From: Promethearchaeota archaeon
GTDB lineage: Archaea; Asgardarchaeota; Lokiarchaeia; Sigyniarchaeales; SOKP01
Direction of reading: 5' to 3'
Length of the DNA stretch: 64,000 nucleotides
Assembly (NCBI GenBank): GCA_048939995.1
Contig: JBHLOY010000008.1
Coordinates: 96,001 to 160,000 of the forward strand
The notes below the pieces were generated by a model. The model saw only the letters and a program-made list of their open reading frames with translations, was not told where the DNA came from and made no database searches. A program made the translations under genes and the position numbers. This document shows, piece by piece, positions 60,323 through 64,000 of the stretch (its first letter is position 1; the number at the start of each line of letters is the position of its first letter).

Positions 60323-60868
60323 TTATCTTCTTTTTAATACACCAATTTTGTCACCTATTTTTTGTCTTGAGCTTCCTTCTGATATTTCAAAAATTCCTTC
60401 TTCAATTAGGTCATAAACTGCATGCTTTAAAGTAATTAGAGGGATTTTTTGTAATTCTCTTACTTCTATTAATTCATCAATGCTAATAGATTCACCGGGG
60501 AGTAATAAAGCCTTTATAAATCTCTTTATATCACCAAGATCACTTTTTATGGTTATAACATCTCTATTTTCTTCTTTTGAGATTTTTAGTTCGCTTACAC
60601 TTATTTTTGACATTAAAAATTTTACTTGTTCTTCCAATAGCTTTATTCTTCCTTTTAACTCTACAATTAAATCTTTAGTTGATTTCTTACCTTCAGATTT
60701 TAGAGTTAGATATTTATTAATAAGCTTTTCAAGCTGATTCTTCGGAATACCAGAGTTTAAAATGGCTGTAATTTTATCTGCTTTTTTATCTCCTTTTTTA
60801 AAAGAAATTCCACTTTCTTCTGCTAATTTTTCTAATAATGGTACTGTAAGTTTCTTAATTGCCTTCAT
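60323..60868 (-). CDS. Hypothetical: HeH/Rho-N-like N-terminus, coiled coil, wHTH-like C-terminus
   Basis: KKLTVPLLEKLAEESGI...KKADKITAIL; ELKGRIKLLEEQV. Confidence 0.55.
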   Translation of the reverse strand: MKAIKKLTVPLLEKLAEESGISFKKGDKKADKITAILNSGIPKNQLEKLINKYLTLKSEGKKSTKDLIVELKGRIKLLEEQVKFLMSKISVSELKISKEENRDVITIKSDLGDIKRFIKALLLPGESISIDELIEVRELQKIPLITLKHAVYDLIEEGIFEISEGSSRQKIGDKIGVLKRR

Positions 60869-60913
60869 GATTAGGGTAATAATTAAATAAAAAAAGAGTG
60901 AATTTAAATTTTT

Positions 60914-61375
60914 TTAACCTACGCCATGTTTACCAGCATAATAAGCTCCAAATAATTGCATAAAATAGGTGATTCCGGTGATAATGCCATAAAGTAATCC
61001 CAAGATCCAAGTTAATCCCCACATTAAAATGATACTAATATAGAATAGAATAAGAAAAGGAATCAAAATTGATAGTTTGCGGGGATTTCGAAATTCTATT
61101 TTCATAAGATAATCTACAATCAAAGTGAAGATAATAAATGATATAAAAAGTAAAGGAAAAACCCAGTACCACCACTCTCTTAATAAGAAAAGATTACAAA
61201 TAGCTATTATCAATATTGGAACTCCAAGTAATAAAGAAACTATCCCAATCTTTTTGGATATGGAGGGTTTTTTCACGCGAGATAAAAAAAGTGCAAATAC
61301 TGTTAGATTGAATATATTAATAATAACAAATTGACTAAGATCAATAATGTCATATATATTCAGATTAGCCACCAT
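60914..61375 (-). CDS. Hypothetical membrane protein
   Basis: About 5 hydrophobic segments. Confidence 0.7.
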   Translation of the reverse strand: MVANLNIYDIIDLSQFVIINIFNLTVFALFLSRVKKPSISKKIGIVSLLLGVPILIIAICNLFLLREWWYWVFPLLFISFIIFTLIVDYLMKIEFRNPRKLSILIPFLILFYISIILMWGLTWILGLLYGIITGITYFMQLFGAYYAGKHGVG

Positions 61376-61430
61376 TGATACAAAATTTTTTATTTTTATT
61401 TCAAAAAAGTATAAGAATTATTAGATTTTA

Positions 61431-62420
61431 TTGGAATTAAAAAATACTAAAAAAATAGATAATGAGATAGAAATGAAAACCAATACATTTACCTTCAAGG
61501 ATCAAGATGATATTGAGATCTTTGTTTATAAATGGGAACCCGAAATTACTCCAAAAGCAGCTTTACAAATTGTTCACGGATTAGCAGAACATGCTGGTAG
61601 GTATGCGAGATTCGCGGAAGCTTTCTGTAAGGATGGTTTCATTTGTTATGCAAACGATGCTCGCGGACATGGATTAACAGCTGGTGATTTAACTGAAGCC
61701 ACTATAGAAGGAAAGGCAGGAGTTTTGGGACAGAATGGATGGCGTGGTGTGGTTAATGATCTTCACGAATTATCCAATATCATTAAGAAAGAAAATCCCA
61801 ACCTTCCTTTATTCTTAATTGGACATTCTTGGGGAGCTTTGCTTTCACAAGACTATATTCAAGAATGGGGAAATGAAATAAAGGGATGTATTCTAAGTGG
61901 TACTAATGGTAAAATAAGAAAAATGGTGCTTAAAGCGGGAAAATTAATTGTAAAAAACGAAATTAAAAAGTTAGGACCTACCACACCAAGTCAGAAAATG
62001 CATGATATGAATTTCGCATCCTATAATCATGATTGGCAGAAAGATGAAGAAGCTACGGGATTTGAATGGCTTAGCAGAGACAAAACAGAAGTTCAAAAAT
62101 ATATTGATGACCCTTGGTGTGGATTTGTTTCCCCAGCTACTCTTTGGTTAGAATTTATATATGGAAATGAAAAGATCTATGATGAGAAAAATGAACAAAG
62201 AATCCCTAAGGACCTACCAATCTATTTCATTTCAGGATCTTTGGATCCTGTCGGAAATAAAACAAAAGGCGTTATGGCAATGATAGAAAGACTCAAGAAG
62301 TTTGGTGTTAAAGACATTGCATATAAATTTTATGAAGGTGCCCATCATGAAATCTTTAATGAGATCAACCGAGATGAAGTCTATAATGATGTAACCGCTT
62401 GGCTAAATTCTCATTTATAA
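61431..62420 (+). CDS. Lysophospholipase-like alpha/beta hydrolase
   Basis: VHGLAEH, DARGHG, GHSWG, GSLDPV, HHEIFNE. Confidence 0.9.
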   Translation: MELKNTKKIDNEIEMKTNTFTFKDQDDIEIFVYKWEPEITPKAALQIVHGLAEHAGRYARFAEAFCKDGFICYANDARGHGLTAGDLTEATIEGKAGVLGQNGWRGVVNDLHELSNIIKKENPNLPLFLIGHSWGALLSQDYIQEWGNEIKGCILSGTNGKIRKMVLKAGKLIVKNEIKKLGPTTPSQKMHDMNFASYNHDWQKDEEATGFEWLSRDKTEVQKYIDDPWCGFVSPATLWLEFIYGNEKIYDEKNEQRIPKDLPIYFISGSLDPVGNKTKGVMAMIERLKKFGVKDIAYKFYEGAHHEIFNEINRDEVYNDVTAWLNSHL

Positions 62421-62430
62421 AAAAGAGTAA

Positions 62431-62880
62431 TTACTTCTTTTTCTTATTATATTCTATAAGATTATTTAAAATTCTTCCCAAATAGTTTTCAAATTTATTT
62501 ATTTCAATCTCAGTGAAATTATTATAGTAAATCATAGCCATATCTTTGGAGACTTCTATATATTTAGCTTGAAAGTTCTCATGTTTATTTGTTAACTGGA
62601 TTAAAATCTCTCTTCTATCTGTTCTTGATGGTACTCGTTTTATAAATCCTGATTGTTCAAGGCGATCAAGCATTGAAGTCAAAGTTGACTTGCTTAAAAG
62701 AGTTCTTTTTGAAATTTCATGTATAGAGATGTTATCTTCTTGCCATAAAACAAACATTATTCTTCCTTGTGCGGGATTCAGTTCAGTAAGATTTGCTTTT
62801 CGAAGGATTTTTGCGAAAGTTCTCTGAGATAGTTGGTGTATTTTAGCGATTAAGAATCCCCCCTTTTTTAGAGATTCCAT
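62431..62880 (-). CDS. MarR family regulator
   Basis: KSTLTSMLDRLE, DRREILIQLT. Confidence 0.92.
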   Translation of the reverse strand: MESLKKGGFLIAKIHQLSQRTFAKILRKANLTELNPAQGRIMFVLWQEDNISIHEISKRTLLSKSTLTSMLDRLEQSGFIKRVPSRTDRREILIQLTNKHENFQAKYIEVSKDMAMIYYNNFTEIEINKFENYLGRILNNLIEYNKKKK

Positions 62881-62915
62881 TAGTAGGTAATCATATTTTA
62901 TTTTTAAATAGGATT

Positions 62916-62929
62916 GTACTATATAGTAC
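62916..62929. promoter_or_regulatory. Perfect palindrome GTACTATATAGTAC upstream of marR
   Basis: 14-bp palindrome flanked by GATT/AATC, about 35 nt before the marR start. Confidence 0.55.
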
Positions 62930-62976
62930 TAATCAAAATTCATTTAAAAAGATATTTGATTTGAAATCTAAAATTC

Positions 62977-63972
62977 TTATATTTGCTCAGTCTTTAATGC
63001 AAAAGCATCTCTCAAGCCGTCACCAATAAAGAGAAAACCCATAATCGTAGCAATAATCATAATCATAGGCCAAAAGCTAGCCCAAGGTGCCCTATATAAT
63101 TGATTTATGGTATATATAACATCTCCGCCCCAATCGACCCAACTGAGTCTACTTATTCCTAAGAAAGCTAGCACGGTATATCCTAATAAAACTTTTCCAA
63201 CATTAAAGCTCGCTGAAACCAAAATCGGTTGATAACAGTTTGGTAATATATGGCGAAACATGATTCTCCTGTTTCGTGCCCCAATCACCTTCGCTGCTTG
63301 TATATATGGCAATTCCTTTTGTTTCAAGGTAAAAGTTCTGATTATTCTTGAAAAAGTAGGGATTCCAATAATTCCAAAAGCAAGAATGATATATTCAATA
63401 CTACGCCCCCAAATTAGGAGGAAAAGTATTGCAAATACAACACCTGGGAAAGACAATATGATATCCATAATTCTCATTACCAGCATATCAAACCAACCAC
63501 CATAATAAGCAGAAATTAATCCGATTATAGTACCAGCAATAGCGCTTATGAGAGTAGAACTTAAAATTATAATCAGTGTAAATCTTGCGCCGAAAACTAT
63601 CCGTGCTAAAACATCAAGGCCTCCCCAAGTCGTTCCTAAGGGGTGTTGACTCGAAGGAGGTGCCCAAGGTCCAAGTTGGGTCTGAGTGGCTTTTTCATAA
63701 GACGAGATCCAATGTTGAAATACAGCCATATTGACAACTATAAAAACGAGGATAATACCAATTACAAATATAAAAGACTTCGATCTTCTCATAAATCTTC
63801 TAATTGAGCGATCTTTTTCTGTGATCAATTGAAAATCTTCTAATTTGCGAGGTATTTTTCGTAAAAAAAAAATAAATTTAAGATTCGTAAGGACTTTAAA
63901 GAAGTCTTTGATAAAAGTACCTTTTGCGGTACTTACTACTTTTGTCACCCGCTTTTCTTCTGCTATTATCAT
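62977..63972 (-). CDS. Peptide ABC permease, DppC/OppC type
   Basis: HPLGT..G.D, intact EAA loop YIQAAKVIGA...RHILPN. Confidence 0.92.
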   Translation of the reverse strand: MIIAEEKRVTKVVSTAKGTFIKDFFKVLTNLKFIFFLRKIPRKLEDFQLITEKDRSIRRFMRRSKSFIFVIGIILVFIVVNMAVFQHWISSYEKATQTQLGPWAPPSSQHPLGTTWGGLDVLARIVFGARFTLIIILSSTLISAIAGTIIGLISAYYGGWFDMLVMRIMDIILSFPGVVFAILFLLIWGRSIEYIILAFGIIGIPTFSRIIRTFTLKQKELPYIQAAKVIGARNRRIMFRHILPNCYQPILVSASFNVGKVLLGYTVLAFLGISRLSWVDWGGDVIYTINQLYRAPWASFWPMIMIIATIMGFLFIGDGLRDAFALKTEQI

Positions 63973-64000
63973 TGAATCAAATATATAGGGATATTATAAT

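Noticed and set aside
1117-63505. Many 60-170 aa ORFs antisense to or nested in longer genes (e.g. 2474, 6489, 20819, 28565, 48643, 49075, 57130, 63260)
   Set aside because: Shadow frames of well-supported genes, with no motifs
1-64000. CRISPR arrays, tRNA/rRNA, transposases or integrases
   Set aside because: No spaced repeats, GC-rich structured RNA segments or recombinase motifs seen by eye; a covariance-model scan would be needed to exclude small RNAs

Overview
Very AT-rich, gene-dense archaeal DNA. Longin/roadblock proteins, TPR-longin paralogs, ThiDN and methanogen-type Hdr without mcr in the window point to an Asgard archaeon, most likely Lokiarchaeia/Promethearchaeota (inference). No rRNA, tRNA, CRISPR or mobile element was recognised. 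The main result is a ~10 kb cluster (27148-37003) divergent from an Lrp regulator: tusA-dsrE-dsrF-dsrH-dsrE2-like-hdrC-hdrB-hdrA-mvhD-[mvhG fused to an apparently Ni-ligand-less remnant of a NiFe large subunit]-[FrhB with a whole GltD/SudA-type flavoprotein inserted inside it, plus a C-terminal wHTH]-tusA. It reads as a hydrogenase-free, NAD(H)/F420-linked, possibly electron-bifurcating Hdr complex coupled to protein persulfide carriers. A second dsrEFH set lies next to a SAMP/MoaD, an E1 (MoeB/ThiF), a third TusA and a signal-less substrate-binding protein (44897-48478). Other items: a TPR-longin-TIR protein beside a TIR-less paralog with a near-identical upstream element; a fused DppBC permease lacking both EAA coupling loops; an HgcC-like gene upstream of arsM; several genes that appear to need ATT/ATA/CTG starts; an unannotated 58-aa zinc ribbon; and candidate DtxR and MarR operators. 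All calls come from reading motifs by eye; no searches were run.
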